Origin: Antedon mediterranea
Taxonomy: Eukaryota > Animalia > Echinodermata
DNA length: 64,000 nucleotides
Reading direction: 5' to 3'
NCBI RefSeq assembly: GCF_964355755.1
Contig: NC_092670.1
Span: forward strand, 26,398,795 to 26,462,794
The notes below the pieces were generated by a model, which was not told where the DNA came from, ran no database searches, and saw nothing but the letters and a program-made list of their open reading frames with translations. This document shows positions 1 through 13,561 of the stretch, in pieces. Numbering within the stretch: the stretch's first letter is position 1; every line of letters begins with the position of its first letter. Both the position numbers and the translations under genes were made by a program.

Positions 1-865
1 TCTTTTAAACGGTTAAAAATGTGAAAAATAAGTCGATTCTAATAATATAAGCGCACCTGCTATAAATTGCTATTTGAATTTTTCTTCTGTGATTTACCAA
101 CTTTTTCGATCGATTTCGAAAGCAAAACAAATGGAAGAACCATAACTTTTCAAAGGAAATACTGGGTCTTCTGCAATCTAACAACGCCAGACTAGGCCTA
201 TACTGTAGCTAGGTAGGCCTAGAAGGAGGATGAAGTTGCAATCATATTTACTTCTTTCTAATTAGGATTACACCACCAGAAAACATACATTGTTACCACC
301 ACAAATCAAGACATTCAACTGAACAACGGGAGACTGCAAGAATATTCAACTGTTTTCCAGTCAGAAATGATGTACTTTGGAAGCTTTTATAAAACATGAC
401 AATTTTTTGGACAAATAACTGACATAATGATATTAATCAATAAAACTAGATTTATTTTGTCACTATGATAAGTTATAGGTCAAGTGCATTGACTAATTGA
501 CTTAAATAAAGATAATTAATTTTTATATTTATAATATATAATGCAAATACAATGTATTCTGCTAAAAAAAGAAAGACAATTATTACAACAACTAGACAAA
601 ACCAGGATAGGCCTATAGCTAGCTTACAATGTCTGTATGTTACTGATGTTTACACGCTACTGTACTGTAGGTCTACAAAGCTAAGCCTAGATAGGCTAGG
701 CATAAAGACCGTCCATGAGATGACATTCAACGCAAACTTTACATTATTTTTCTCTTTTTATCGTAATTAACCATAAAATGTACAGACATGACAAGACATG
801 TCCTGGTTTAATGTTTTTAAAGTAATATATATGCATTATATTAACAAACGTCGACAATTGCAGGC
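1..865. mobile_element. Degraded, interrupted copy of TTAA-MITE family A (Kolobok-like)
   Basis: 1-210 and ~550-865 align by eye to the intact copy at 53211-53836; an unrelated segment lies at ~215-545. Confidence 0.75.
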
Positions 866-1710
866 AATGTGGCTTTAAATTTGTCTATAAGTTCATTTAA
901 AAGTAAACTTTCTTTTACAATGTCAAAAATGGCTGCAATTGATCAACTTCTTTTAGATGTTGCAATCAACTTCTTTTAGATGTTGTAATTGTAGATTGAA
1001 TTATTTATGATTTTATTCAAAATAATACAATTTAACATTTTACTCAATACATTTATAGCAGCAGCATTAATTGATAATAATTAATTTGCATTAATTGAAT
1101 CTTACAGTTATTAGAATGTATCAGTACCTTTCATCGGGGATGGTGGAAGCTGCCTTAACTGTGTCTACAGCCCTGGACTTTTTGGGCAACCTCCTTAAAA
1201 TAGTGCTGCAAATGTTTAGTACCTGTTTGGTCTTTCCTTTCAAATTGTTTGTTTTGTTATTGGCAAAAATTTATATAAAAATAAAAAAATAACTCTTTGA
1301 TTTTTCCACTTGACCCTATGCTACTGTATTTATTATACTATTACTACAAAATATCAAAACGTTCTGTGTATTTAAGGTAGATAACCTGACAGTACACTTT
1401 CTAATCAAATTTGAACAAGTGCAGTGTCAATAGTTTTGTTACCTTTTTCAACATAATATTCTAATAAACTTCCCAATAAATTGATATTAAGAATGTACTA
1501 GAAAGCCTGTCAAGAAACTCCTTCCTTGTCTAATGTAATAAAATTTAAAAATTCTGGAAACATGTAGCTAAATTGCAATTGATAGCCTATGATTGACTCC
1601 ATAAAAACTTTCAAATTATAGGTCATCATAATAATCGGACAATTGGTTGATTTTATCTTTTTTCTATTGACTTTTTTAAGCAGGATTTGCTATTGTTTTC
1701 ATTTTAAAGA

Positions 1711-2485
1711 CACTAGACCTACATTTTTTTACCTAATTTCAGGTCACACACTACATTTTATGTAAAAATAAATACTATATGGACCTATTGTGATATTTTT
1801 TTTTTATTTATTCAATTTCTGCCATGCATACAATACAAAGGAAAAGACAAACCGAAATATAAAAGGCAAGGAAAGACCAAACCCCTATACTAATTGGTCA
1901 ACCCAGAACAGTGCACAGAAATAAACAAAATAATTGCATTATAATAATTGAAGCATCTTCAAGAAAGCAACCAACTACAATTTTTTTTTCATTTTCAACA
2001 TTAAAATTATTTTCTAAAATTAAATAAGTATTTAGATAATTTTTTAAAGAATGTGTAAAATAAGTCGATTCTAATAAATTTAGCAGCCCGCTATAAATCC
2101 CAACATGCATCGCATGAGGATCAGTATTTTCATATTGTGATTTAATACAACCACTGATCACGTGAAAGGGTAAACAAATAAAAGAACCATAACTTTTCAG
2201 CAATAAATACCTGGTCTTCCCCAATTTTTATTAATGGATTCTGCCAAAAAAGGATGACTATTGATTCAGCAATGAGACAACGCTCTTTACCGACTAGGCC
2301 TACAAAACTAAGCCTAACTAAGCTAAGCCTAGAAATGTCCACAAGAAAACTTCGACGTGAGCGAGTAGTGCATTGTTTTTTTTCTTTTTATCAACCTTTA
2401 TTAACCTTATAACCACATTTTTAACAAGAAATGGCCTGGTTTAATTTTTTATTTGCATTATTTTTACAAAACATCACAAATTCCA
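1711..2485. mobile_element. Degraded family A MITE copy with internal insertion (~1797-2030)
   Basis: Starts ttaa|agacac; shares gcccgctataaatcccaa, ccataacttttcagc and ggcctacaaaactaagcct blocks with 53211-53836. Confidence 0.75.
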
Positions 2486-4131
2486 GGTGTCTTTATGCAG
2501 GGTACATTTGATGCTAATTTCTCAAAAGTTTACTTGCAAACTTTGCATATGTTAAATTATTGAATCATTGATTGTAAATGTATTTCTTGTAGAAGGAAGA
2601 AATCCAAGAGAAAAATTGTAACAGTCAAAATAAGATGTTAAATCAATAATTCAAGATGTAGGCCTACAAATTATTCACAATGGCAAGACTAGCTTTTAAC
2701 AACATTTTAATGGTAATTAATTCAATAATACAGTTAGTTTTTGGAGGATAGTTGATGCTTTAATACCTTTTACCCAGGTTGTACTTGTTTATGTCCAATT
2801 CGGGCCCAGGATGGATTAATATTTAAATTGTTATAAACAATAATACATTTTTTAATGCTTGGTTTTGTTTCATTTTCACAATTGTTTTAAAATATAGGGC
2901 CTAAAATGTTGCAGAAATTTATCATATTTTGCCATGTGAAGAATGTAAACAAATTTTACGATTTTAAAGTAATTTATATCAACATTGGAAATATCAATAA
3001 AATGTGTTGTTAGAGGGTATTTCTAAACCCTGTAAACCTAAAAAAAACCCAGCAAACCCCATTGAACCAATATAATGTGATTGAATCATGTAGTGTACAA
3101 CTTGGTATATCAGTTTTTTTTATTTATCCTTTTCTTAGCACTATTTTGTCCATCAATTATCATGATATCAGTTTCATCTACTATTAGTCAATTTTTCAAA
3201 GTTTATTCCTTATGGCCGGGAATCGATGTGGTTATGTTTTCACGGTGCGCAATCAAAATTTATGCGGTCTATGCGCGATTTAACGAAATCACGTTTGTAA
3301 TCATAACCTTCACAAGTATGAATCACAAGTAAACAAAATTTGGTACTCCTAAATTTCAGGTCATACACTACAGTATTTCATCTTATGGCAAAACAATTAC
3401 GTGCATAAATTTATATAACGCATGCAAATGCACACTTAAAATTTTCAAAATTGTCCAAATTTATTTTTGATGAAATTTGGAGTACATTTCAGGCAAAAAA
3501 TTGCCATGAGTGCGCAGATTTTTTTACCCGCACTGCGTATTAAACATTAATGTCCGATTTCTGTTTTCCAACCTTTCTTTAATAATAATATCATCATATT
3601 TTATTCACTTTTCAACTCGAAATTGCATTATACGAGCATGTCAAATGTGACAGGCTAGGCACGTGTAAGTTAACAAAATGGGGAAAATATACTAAAATTA
3701 ATATAGATCGTCAGAATGCTTGAGAACACCTATTTTTCATTTCATTTTCTTGAAGTGTATGTATCATATGTATGATTTATTATGAAATTAAGAGAACAAA
3801 AGTTGATTAAGGCATCATTAATTGCATATTAAATTTTTCTTAATTAATTTCGACAATCAAACAATGACATTTTCTTAGGCCGAAATAACAAACTTAACAT
3901 TAACTTTCTTCCTTAAAATGTTCATATATCAAAGTTAAAAGTATATAGTTTGACAGTGCATCATTCTTTAACAATTTTTAAAGATGTCATCATAGTAAAA
4001 AATTATAATTCATTGCAGTATGTGATAATCTATCTTCATTAAAGTGGTTACTGCATAGTAAATACACCGAGGAATCTTTCTACAACTTTTAGTCAGTTGT
4101 GTGTGGCTCAGTGGTCTGTGCTCGTGTCTAT

Positions 4132-5178
4132 GACCCCATTTACACTTCAGCTTTTAGCGAGCCCGAGGCCGGCTCCGAGCCAAAAGTGCCCAAGTGTAAA
4201 CACTCTGGGAACAACCGAGCCGGCCTCGAGCCGGCTCAATTTTGAGCCTAGTCTGGAGTAGGCTTCGGGCCGGCAATTGCGGGCTTCGGGCCGGCACTTC
4301 GTATAGTGTAAACACTCGCGGTCATAAAATGAACGTTCTGGGTCAACCATAGTTTAAAGTTTACGAAACTTATTGCTGATGAACGGGAATTCTTCATTGA
4401 AATTAAATTGGTGAAGATGTATACGCCTTTTTCACGAAATGGAAGATATCTTCGATCGATAACAAACAATGCCGTGCAACAAAGCGTAACCAACAGGAAT
4501 AACATAGCGTTTTCAGGGGATTTCAGGACACCATGCAACACCTATGCTTATACACTGTGGTGTTTTTTTTCGATGGCCTTTAAGAAGTGAAAACAAATTT
4601 TCTAATTTGTTTCAATCACACAGTTATGTAGGCTAATCTTTAAAGAAAAATTTTGCCCATACGGCTGTCCGTTGAAGAGTTACGAATTAACGGAGTAACT
4701 TGTCCTCAGAAAATAGGCTGAAAACGCTATGTTATTTCTGTTGGTTACGCTTCGTTGCATGGCATTGTTTGTCATCGATCGAAAATGTCTTCCGTTTTGC
4801 GAAAAAAGCGTATTGATCTACTACTATTCTTCAGAAAACGAGACGCAAACATTAGTAGTAAAGCAATAATACAATTGTTTTGATCCATATTAAATACCGT
4901 TATTTGATTCTTTTTTGGCTAAATTTCGATAGGCCTAGGCCTAGTGTAGATCGACAACGTTTAATAATATTAACTTTTTAAGAGGGTTGGTGGGTGCACA
5001 TGAGTGGATATGACGTGAATATAGCGAAATCGTATCATCGAGCACACTTCCGTGAGAGCAAGTGTAAACACAATAGTAGAGGCCCGAGGCCGGCTTTTTG
5101 GGTAAGTGTAAACACATTGCGGGCTTCAGGCCGACTTGGGGCCGGCTAAGAAATCGTCGATGAAATGTAAATGGGGTC
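4132..5178. mobile_element. PIF/Harbinger-like MITE
   Basis: TIR gaccccatttacacttca / tgaaatgtaaatggggtc, 3-bp TSD TAT, subterminal agtgtaaacac repeats. Confidence 0.8.
4421..4813. repeat. ~95-bp inverted repeat pair (probable nested MITE)
   Basis: 4421-4516 (atacgcctttttcacg...catagcgttttcag) is the diverged reverse complement of 4718-4813. Confidence 0.75.
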
Positions 5179-5884
5179 TATGGCATTCAAGGTACCGAGA
5201 TCACCTTGGGAAACATCCGTATTGTTTGTTCAATTTTATTTCTTAGTGTATAGATTATACACATGATTTATAATGAAATCTAAATATAAAGTAACTTCTG
5301 TCTTTATTATTATGTAACAAATGTGGTTTATGACATTATTATACGCAGACGGATCTTTGATCGGATTATGATACCGGCTATTGTATTTGCGTTATTGCAA
5401 GATCCTATCATACATTATAAATAATTAAAGAATCTGAGAAAATCAATCATCAATATATCTTTTAAAAATCAATTATCTTTATTTAAATCAATGCATATAT
5501 AACTTATAATTCGTCATAGTGACGAATTAAATCTAGTTAAAATTGTAATTGTCAACAAATTTGAATAACGTGGGTCACTTATTTTTATCTCTACAGTAAA
5601 TTTCAATCTGTTATAGCTCCTCAGAATGAAAAGTGATACTCTGGAACGTGCTCTGGAAGCTGTTTAATTGTAGATATGAATTGATGTCACTATATGACCA
5701 GATAAATTTGAAAAGTTAGATTTTCATCTTTTGTATGATTGTTCACATTGAAAAGAGCACGCATCTCTAATCAACATATCCACATTTCTTTAACTTGTTA
5801 ATACATTGTTGGTCAGATTATTTTCTTCCGAAATCGCTATCTTCATGTTTTATTTTGATGACGTCATCATGTAAAAGGCAGGTC

Positions 5885-6797
5885 CTGTCACACCAAAATC
5901 AGTCCGGGCCAAAATCGGTCAGGCGGACCAGTTTTGGCTGCCAAAATCAGTCCGGGGGACCATTTATGGCTGCCAAAACGGAACCTGTCCGGCCGGACCA
6001 ATTTTGGCCGCCAAAACTGGTCCGGCCTGGATAAAATCGGTCCGGGCAGTAGGACTGTTTTTGGCCACCAAATATGGTCCGATCTTGCAAATATATGGTG
6101 CGCAAAATGAGTCATAATGTATATATCATTTAAAAAGGCCATGATTAGTCATTATATTGAAAACTACGGGGTTTTATTTGTTATTTTAATATTATAAATT
6201 AAGACTGTATTTTTTATCATCATTATTACTATTAGTAGTAACTCATCAATAATTAGTAGGCCTACTAATTTTTAGGTTTTTTGTGTACAATTAATTCTCT
6301 GCCTGTTTTGAATCCATTTTGTTCTTTTGTTTTTTTAACATCTTCGTTTCCCCATGATGTTAAAAACAATTTAATTTATTACTAATTTATGGTTAATCAA
6401 TCAATATCAATTCAGTACAATCATTATAAAACAATTATCCAATATTGATTAGGCTGAGGAAGGAAAAAGGCCTCAATCATAAAATAAAATCTGGCTGGCA
6501 ATATCAGCGTCTCATACCCGTTCATGTGAGTGTGTGGCAGGCTGAAATATGAGTGAACACCTACTGTAAGTCATGTTTTTAGATAAAATACATTTATTTA
6601 TAGTATTTATCCGACAAGATAACTTACTTATATATATCATGGGATATTTTTCTAGGCATAAACAACTTAAAACAGCATCATAGGCCTAGTAATTCGGACC
6701 GATTTTGGCAGTGGCGGACTGCTTTTGGCCACAACTTTAGAGCCAAAACTGGTCCGGCCGGACCGATTTTGGCCCCGGACCATATTTGTCGTGACAG
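5885..6797. mobile_element. Non-autonomous DNA transposon, CMC/EnSpm-like
   Basis: Termini ctgtcac...gtgacag, 2-bp TSD TC, arrays of subterminal ccaaaa(n)ggtccgg repeats in both orientations; splits the family B host sequence. Superfamily inferred from TSD length and repeats. Confidence 0.7.
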
Positions 6798-8234
6798 TCC
6801 CATAATTTCACCTATACTATAACATAAATGCTGTATGTATGTATACAGATACTTTGTATTTATATACTACAGTATATGACACAAAATAGACAGAATTCAA
6901 CACTTTCAACAACAACATATTCTTCAGGTCATAATAATGACATAATCTTCTGTGCACAATATTTAAATGTATGACATGCATGTAGAGTTTGCTGTGTGGA
7001 TAACTAACTCATCAAAGTGACGAGTTCAAATCTAGTTACCGGTAATAAAGAGTGTTGTAATTATTTTAGTATACAGTTCAAGGGCTATATTGTCTATAGA
7101 TTAGTAAATAATTAAAAGAACTCTTTGTACATTCTTGATTTATCAGCTGACAATTACTGTACAACAAATATGTGGGCAGTTTTGTTGAAAGCCTTTGAAA
7201 TATAAAGTGAAAGAATGTCTTTTCATTGCAAGAAATCTATTCATCTATTGTATCTTTTGGCCAAGTAAACCACCAACTGTGTGGTATGAAAATCCTTTTA
7301 TTCGATAACCACAAGATATGAGAAATATTACAAAAGCCAAAATGGAAAGGAGGTTAACTATAAATAAGAAACACATTTCTCATAATCATAAGCATACTCT
7401 ACCTGTTAATTACTCTGTTGGGAGTACTTAATAATAATATAATATTTAAATATTTATATAGCGCCAAATCAAATCCTGAAAGTTGCTAAATGAGTTTTTA
7501 AATACATTTTAAATTAATAAAAAATGGGTGAACATTTTAGGTGGGAGTTTGTTTTAAAGAGGGAGTAATAGTGGGCATATATACAGATAAACTTTATTCC
7601 ATCCTTCATAGGAAATTCACAAGGTCACAGTTCAAGAATACAATAAAGATGACAATTTTCATTATAAAATCATATGCCAGTAGTATAGAAACAAGTAAGG
7701 AAAAATGAAATGAGTATTCCTTTTATTGATATTTGTATTTGGCCTATGTTAAGCTTGCTCATTTATGAATGTTAACTCTCGCCTACAAACAAACGTATTT
7801 GTATATATGCTATGTACATTATGGATTATAAATAAATGAATATACAGCTTACATTAAGCTGGTTTAGTGGTTGATATGCCAATTCAATCATAATAACAGT
7901 TTCACAACAGAGAAGTGACCTCGATTCAAGTTGACATGTGTAATTGTTCTTTTCTATCCTGCTGTCAATTTATTAAATAATAATTTTATAATCACATGAA
8001 CAGCCCCATGCTAAACCCCATGTTATGTCTAAAATAATTAAATATTTCACCAGATGATATTCAAGATTAACATCAAAGTCATAAATAAATTACTGTATGT
8101 TTTCTCAATTTTCATAGCTATAAAATACCATTCTGTAGAAAGTATAATCAATTTTAATACAGTCTTCTATTGGAGTGACAGAAATTGTAATAGTCATACT
8201 TTTCAGTTTCTAACTGCTAAATATCATTATATAC

Positions 8235-8470
8235 TTAACAAGAAATATTTCTTGCAAAAAACGCCCGCTTAACTTGATTAAAAACAGTTTTAATTATTGT
8301 TTTTTCTTCAAAAATAATGATTTATTATCAATTATTTTTGTTTAATAATCAGTAGAAAACATTTAGTGTAAATATAGTTTGGCCTACTGTACAGAACTAA
8401 AATATAATCATAATCAACTAAACTATAGTAATTTACATATTTCAGGGTTGGGGCATTACTCCCTAAGATC
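8235..8470. repeat. Dispersed repeat family C (unclassified)
   Basis: aacaagaaatatttctt...aaactatagta...catatt; similar copies at ~34530-34745, 51370-51450 and 57500-57630. Confidence 0.65.
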
Positions 8471-8519
8471 AAAATGACCTGGCCCACATACAGTACAGCT
8501 AAAAATTACTGCAACATAC

Positions 8520-8604
8520 GGTAACCAACGTTCCAGCTTGGGAGCTGAAAAACTGGGTATTTGGAAACTTGGACTGGGCATACATACGTCTGGGAGAAGA
8601 TAAT
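8520..8604 (-). other. Candidate exon, product unknown
   Basis: ctgtAG acceptor, GTatgt donor; two frames open (DYLLPDVCMPSPSF... or IIFSQTYVCPV...). Confidence 0.25.
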
Positions 8605-8969
8605 CTACAGTATGCTTTGTAAGTGAGGGTTGCCTATACTCACAAGTTGATCTACAGTAGGTCAAAAGGTGGTCAATAATCGCTATTTGTGTTGCAGCTA
8701 AAAACTGCTCTGCAATAATCGGTTAACACACGCAATGGAGTGTTTTTAATCAGTTATTTTTTATCGGTTATGTCATTTTGCACCGTTGCTACTAAAAAAT
8801 AATCGATTAAAAAATAATCGGTTAATAATCGTTTATTCCTGCTCAGCAGAAATAGATCCTACGATCAATAAACATTGTTTTCTTTTGGCTGTCAATTTAT
8901 CATTGTCAAAACAATCCTCATTTTTGGCGAATGTTGTGTTTAGATGAAAAATTGTTTGATAGTGAGTAA

Positions 8970-9798
8970 GGGCCTGTTTCTAAAAAGAACGGTTTTTTGG
9001 AAACCGGTCTCGGCTGTTGTTTATAAATAAAGATCGCGTTGCAGCCCAATTTTTACTCCAATAAAACCGGTTCCGTCCATGTGCGTTCGTTATGAATGAC
9101 GTCATTATATACACCACAATGCAGTTCGTTAGGCGGAAGCGTGATTGGATCGAGGTCATGTTTACTTTTTTTCGTATAGCGCGATCCCCAAGAAATAGCA
9201 TCCATTTCATCATAAAAGGGGGAATTATTACCTGAAACATTATTGTGGTCCTTGGTTAAAGTATAGGTACGTCGCACCCTCTGATATTGTCAAGTTGAAC
9301 TCGTCTAGCTTTCACACGCTTTACAATATTCTTAAAAACATGTAGGCCTAGGCCTACGTGAGTCTTTCTTCCGACTCCCGACAAGTCCCCTCATCTTCTT
9401 CCCTTCACATATTTTTTACGAACCTCGTAATGGCATCGGTCAACATTTTTTAGTTAAATAAAATACTCACTATCTAGAGAAATAAAAATGACTTAGGCCT
9501 AGGTCCTATCGCGCGGGTTTGACTGCGAGTTGACCGCAATCGTCCCAGTGCAGCAGACTGCAGAGTTCAGTTTTTGGGGTCAAATTGAGACCGCGATTGT
9601 GTTGCAGCTAAAAATTGCTCCGAGGAAACCGGTTTCAGAACGGTTCTTTGCGATCGAGACCGCAATCAATTGGGGTTTTTGAAACCGTTTTTAAGATCGG
9701 TTCTTTTTTGTGGGGACCCATTTCTGCTGGCAAGAAAAAACGGTTCTTGAAAAGAACGGTATTCAAAACCGTATTCTCTGCTCTATAGAAACAGGCCC
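8970..9798. mobile_element. PIF/Harbinger non-autonomous element with Myb/SANT ORF remnant
   Basis: TIR gggcctgtttcta / tagaaacaggccc, TSD TAA; minus-strand remnant RRTYTLTKDHNNVSGNNSPFYDEMDAI resembles the Harbinger Myb/SANT-like accessory protein. Confidence 0.8.
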
Positions 9799-10544
9799 TA
9801 AGTTTGTCAGAAATTATGAATTTTGTTTACTGTGGGAAAAGTCTCTAACCGGAATATGTACAGTTTAGGACTGCATTTATTTCAGATATTTACATTACAC
9901 AACATATTTACTGTACTTATACTGATTGTTAAAAAAATATAATTGATTACAAATCATTATTTCCTATATTTTTAAATAGAATATCAATTAAAAAGCATCA
10001 ACAATTAAATTAAAACTGTTAAATGACAGGAACACTGCTAAAATCTTAAAGATGTCAAATGCAGTCTTGTCAATTGATTTCACTAATAATTGTGTACTAA
10101 TTGTTTAATAATTGAGTTTTAATTCTACAGTATTCTTTTTTTAGCTATAATTAACTTTCTTCTTTCAGCATTATATGTCTCTAGATAAGGAAAACACCAA
10201 CATACCAGTTCTGATTTGGGAATAGTAGTAGGCTATTTCTAACAAAATAAGACAGTTTATCATTTCTTCTCTAGTAAACCTAATACAGTACATTAACATT
10301 TACTGGTATTAATCTAATTAATCAAACAATAACTGACACATAAATAATAATTATATTATAACATATGTTTACAAGATAACATGTTACTTTTAATTAAAGA
10401 CATAAATTGAATTAAAATATGAGTTGATTCATTTCACATTATATATGGTGACATTTTAAATTAATTATCCAAAAACAGATAAAAACTGAATAATAACAGT
10501 TTATTAGTTTATGGCAATAGAAAGATTGTTTTCAATATGATCCA

Positions 10545-11120
10545 CAATGACGTTTTGTAAAAATAATGCATAAATATTACTTTAAAAACATTAAATAGTC
10601 TTAAATGTATGTTTTATGGTAAATTATGATAAAAAGAGAAAAACAATGCACTACCTAAAGTAGCTCGCAGTGAATGTCCTCTGGTCCTTAGGCCAAGCCT
10701 AGCTAGGCTTAGTTTTGTAGGCCTAGCTGGTAAACATCGGTAATGATTGTACGAACATCGTACGCTAGCTATAGGTCTAGCCTGACGTTGTATAGTTGCT
10801 GCATTAATTGTCTTTCTGTTTTTGAGTTGCCGTTGATACAAATTGGGAAACCCGGTATTTTTGTGGAAAAGTTAGGAGTCTTCCATTTGTTTTGGCCTCA
10901 CGAGTCACGATTGATAGAAAAGTGGGTGAACTACAGAAAAACCAAAATATCAATCCGCACACAATGCATGTTGGGATTTATAGCGGGCCGCTTAAATTAT
11001 TAGAATCGTCTTAATTTTAACAAAAAAAGTTATCTCAATAAATAGGACCATATAGTATTTATTATTACATTAAATTTAGTTTGTGACCTTAAATTAGATC
11101 TAAAAGAACGTAGGGAATTG
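10545..11120. mobile_element. Family A MITE copy (orientation of 38404-39029)
   Basis: Colinear match to 38404-39029, ending cgtagggaat. Confidence 0.8.
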
Positions 11121-11312
11121 GACGATAAACAACTTTTTTTTATGCACTTGTCTTATTTTAAATGTTGAAAAGTTGTAATTAAACCAACAACTTGGCATAT
11201 ACTGTACACAGCTTTTAATATTATATTAATAATATGTATATCCCAACTATGAAAATTAAAAACTTAAATAGTTAATACAGGTATTAAATACAAAATAAAA
11301 TTAAAAACCTAC

Positions 11313-11396
11313 AGAATAAAGTAACACTCCATTAGACATTGCTGTGGGAGGCTGGGGATATACAAATCCACTGGTATCAAAATTCTTCATGTTTTC
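11313..11396 (-). other. Candidate coding exon (ENMKNFDTSGFVYPQPPTAMSNGVLLYS), product unknown
   Basis: ttcAG acceptor, GTaggt donor, 84 nt, single open frame, locally higher GC; no recognisable homology. Confidence 0.3.
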
Positions 11397-12122
11397 CTGA
11401 ATATTTATAGTAGTATAGCAATATAGTGAAACTCCCCGATTTCGATAAGCCACCTAAAATTGATCCTATGATAAACAAGTCCACTATACAGCCTTCTCTG
11501 TACGTACTAGTGTATAAATTGCAAAGTGAAGTATGCCAGTAAGCCTGTGTGAGGCAAGCCAGCATTTGTTCTTGATGTTTCACTTGACTGGACAACAGTT
11601 ATTTTACAGTAATGAGATCTAAGAGAATGTGTGTTCTACTCAGCTGGGAGTAAACTTTCCTCAAGTCATGTGGGCTTTAAAGAGACACCCAGGAAGGTGA
11701 ATTTTAAGCCTGAATATTTCTGGATAAGCTCTTTACTGAAATTTATCAGGAAATTGAATATATCTTTTATCATGCTATTGGAAAACTCCCTACTGTAATC
11801 TAGAAATTAAAACATACTAGTATTCTCTTTTACTATTTTAACTCCCGGACCCTGGTATAACTATTGCAATAGTTACAGATAGCCTGGCTATATTTCTTGT
11901 ATAGGTCGAAAGGGGAGGGGGGGGGGGGAGACATGGAAACAGGACAATCAGCATAGTATTTCATCAATAAGCAAGGTAAAGGTGCCCAGAGTCACTATAA
12001 AATTCAGTACAATTAAGTAGGTTTACTACCCCATAATGTGTGTAATTCCCAGCACTCTTTTTTCAGGTACCGGTACTGTAAACTTAAGTGATAAAAGAAA
12101 TTACTCCTAGTCCTACTGTTAA

Positions 12123-12440
12123 AGACCCATTCCCTACAATTTGTGACGTTTTGTAAAAATAATATATATATATTACTTTAACTGTGTTTAGGCCTAGCTA
12201 AGCTTAGTTGTGTAGGCCTAGCTGGTATTCGTCGGTAACGTACGAACATCGTACGCTAGCTATAGGCCTAGTCTGATGTTGTATAGTTGCTGCATTAATT
12301 GTCTTCTGTTTTTACCAGACTCCGTTGATACAAATTGGGGGAAACCCGGTATTTTCGCTGAAGAGTTAAGAGTCTTCCATTTGTTTTGGCCTCACGATCG
12401 ATAGAAAAGTGGGCAAATTACATAAAAAAAACTAAAAAAT
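12123..12440. mobile_element. Family A MITE, truncated
   Basis: Starts ttaa|agacccattccctac; runs into a family B copy. Confidence 0.75.
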
Positions 12441-12454
12441 ATATATATATAATA

Positions 12455-13561
12455 ATATGAAGTTGTGCAGCATTTATTTTTTAAGACGTCAGAGTTGCGC
12501 AACATGACTTACGTACGATTTTATGAATTTCAATGATTGATCATAGATTAAAAGCCAAACATTATTTGTTTATGAAACTTCGTGAAAATTTAAGTCATAT
12601 TATGCGCATTTAAAATTTCAAAATGCGCAAAATGTCATCGTTATTGCTCATCACATTCAATAGAGCGCATCTCGCTTATCCGTATTCCATTTCCCCCGAG
12701 ATTTTAATATTGTCTAGGTCAATCAACTATCTTTCGCATGAGTTACAAATATTTTAATTTTTAATATTTTAATTTCTATGACCTCATAATGTCTAAAAAT
12801 TTAAATAACATGGGTCACTTATTTTCATCTTTACAGTAAATTTCAATCTGTTATAGCTCGTCAGAATAAAAAGTGAAAATCATTATTAAAATGTTTTCTG
12901 GAAGCTATTGGATTGTAGATACGAATTCATGTGTTATTTTGACAATCAAATGTTGTGACGTCGTAGTCCATCACATATAAAGCGCATCTCGCTTATCCGT
13001 ATTCTATTTCCCCTGAGATTTTAATATTGTCTAGGTCAATCAATTATCTTTCGCATGAGTTAAAAATATTTAATTGTCATGACATCATCAAGTCTAAAAA
13101 TTAAAAAAACAGGGATCACTTATTTTCATTTTTACAGTAAATTTCAATCTGTTATAGCTCGTCAGAATAAAAAGTGGATTTCATCTTTTGCGTGATAATA
13201 GTTCATCACATTTAAAAGAGCGCACATCTATATTCTACGTATTCGAATCCCTTCAACATGTTAATATGTTGTTGCTGAGATTATTTTCTTCCGAAATTGC
13301 TATCTTCGTGTTCATTTTGATGATGTCATCATGTTAAAAAGGCGGGTCCTGTAATTTTACCTATGCTACACTGTATGTATGTATGTATACAAAATTTAGT
13401 GTATACAGTATATACACAAAATAGGGAGCACACTAACATTTTAATTTCTTCAGGTCATAATGACATAATCCTTTTTTCTGTACGTAATCTTGTAATGTAT
13501 GATGTGCACATGGTTTGTCGTGCGGATAACTAACTCGTCAAAGTGACAAGTTCAAATCTAG
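12455..13561 (+). mobile_element. Helentron/DINE-1-like family B copy
   Basis: Ends gcggataactaactcgtcaaagtgacaagttcaaatCTAG; internal direct duplication (~12663-12875 repeated at ~12981-13175). Confidence 0.75.

Larger units (their letters stand above)
3230..7035 (+). mobile_element. Helentron/DINE-1-like element (family B) hosting nested insertions
   Basis: 3' end ggataactaactcatcaaagtgacgagttcaaatCTAG at 7035; 5550-5884 and 6798-7035 match the reverse complement of 18986-20570; a second hairpin+CTAG end at 5536. 5' boundary approximate. Confidence 0.6.

Noticed and set aside
215-410. Plus-strand open frame LHHQKTYIVTTTNQDIQLNNGRL...YFGS
   Set aside because: Could be a decayed LINE RT fragment or an exon, but has no diagnostic motif.
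942-986. 23-bp direct tandem duplication (atcaacttcttttagatgttg)
   Set aside because: Ordinary slippage-type duplication with no further structure.
2777-2815. Minus-strand segment PGPELDINKYNLGK ending at a donor-like site
   Set aside because: No usable in-frame acceptor upstream.
5886-6090. Short repeats with spacers resembling a CRISPR array
   Set aside because: Irregular spacing, both orientations, inside a TIR element, eukaryotic context and no cas genes.
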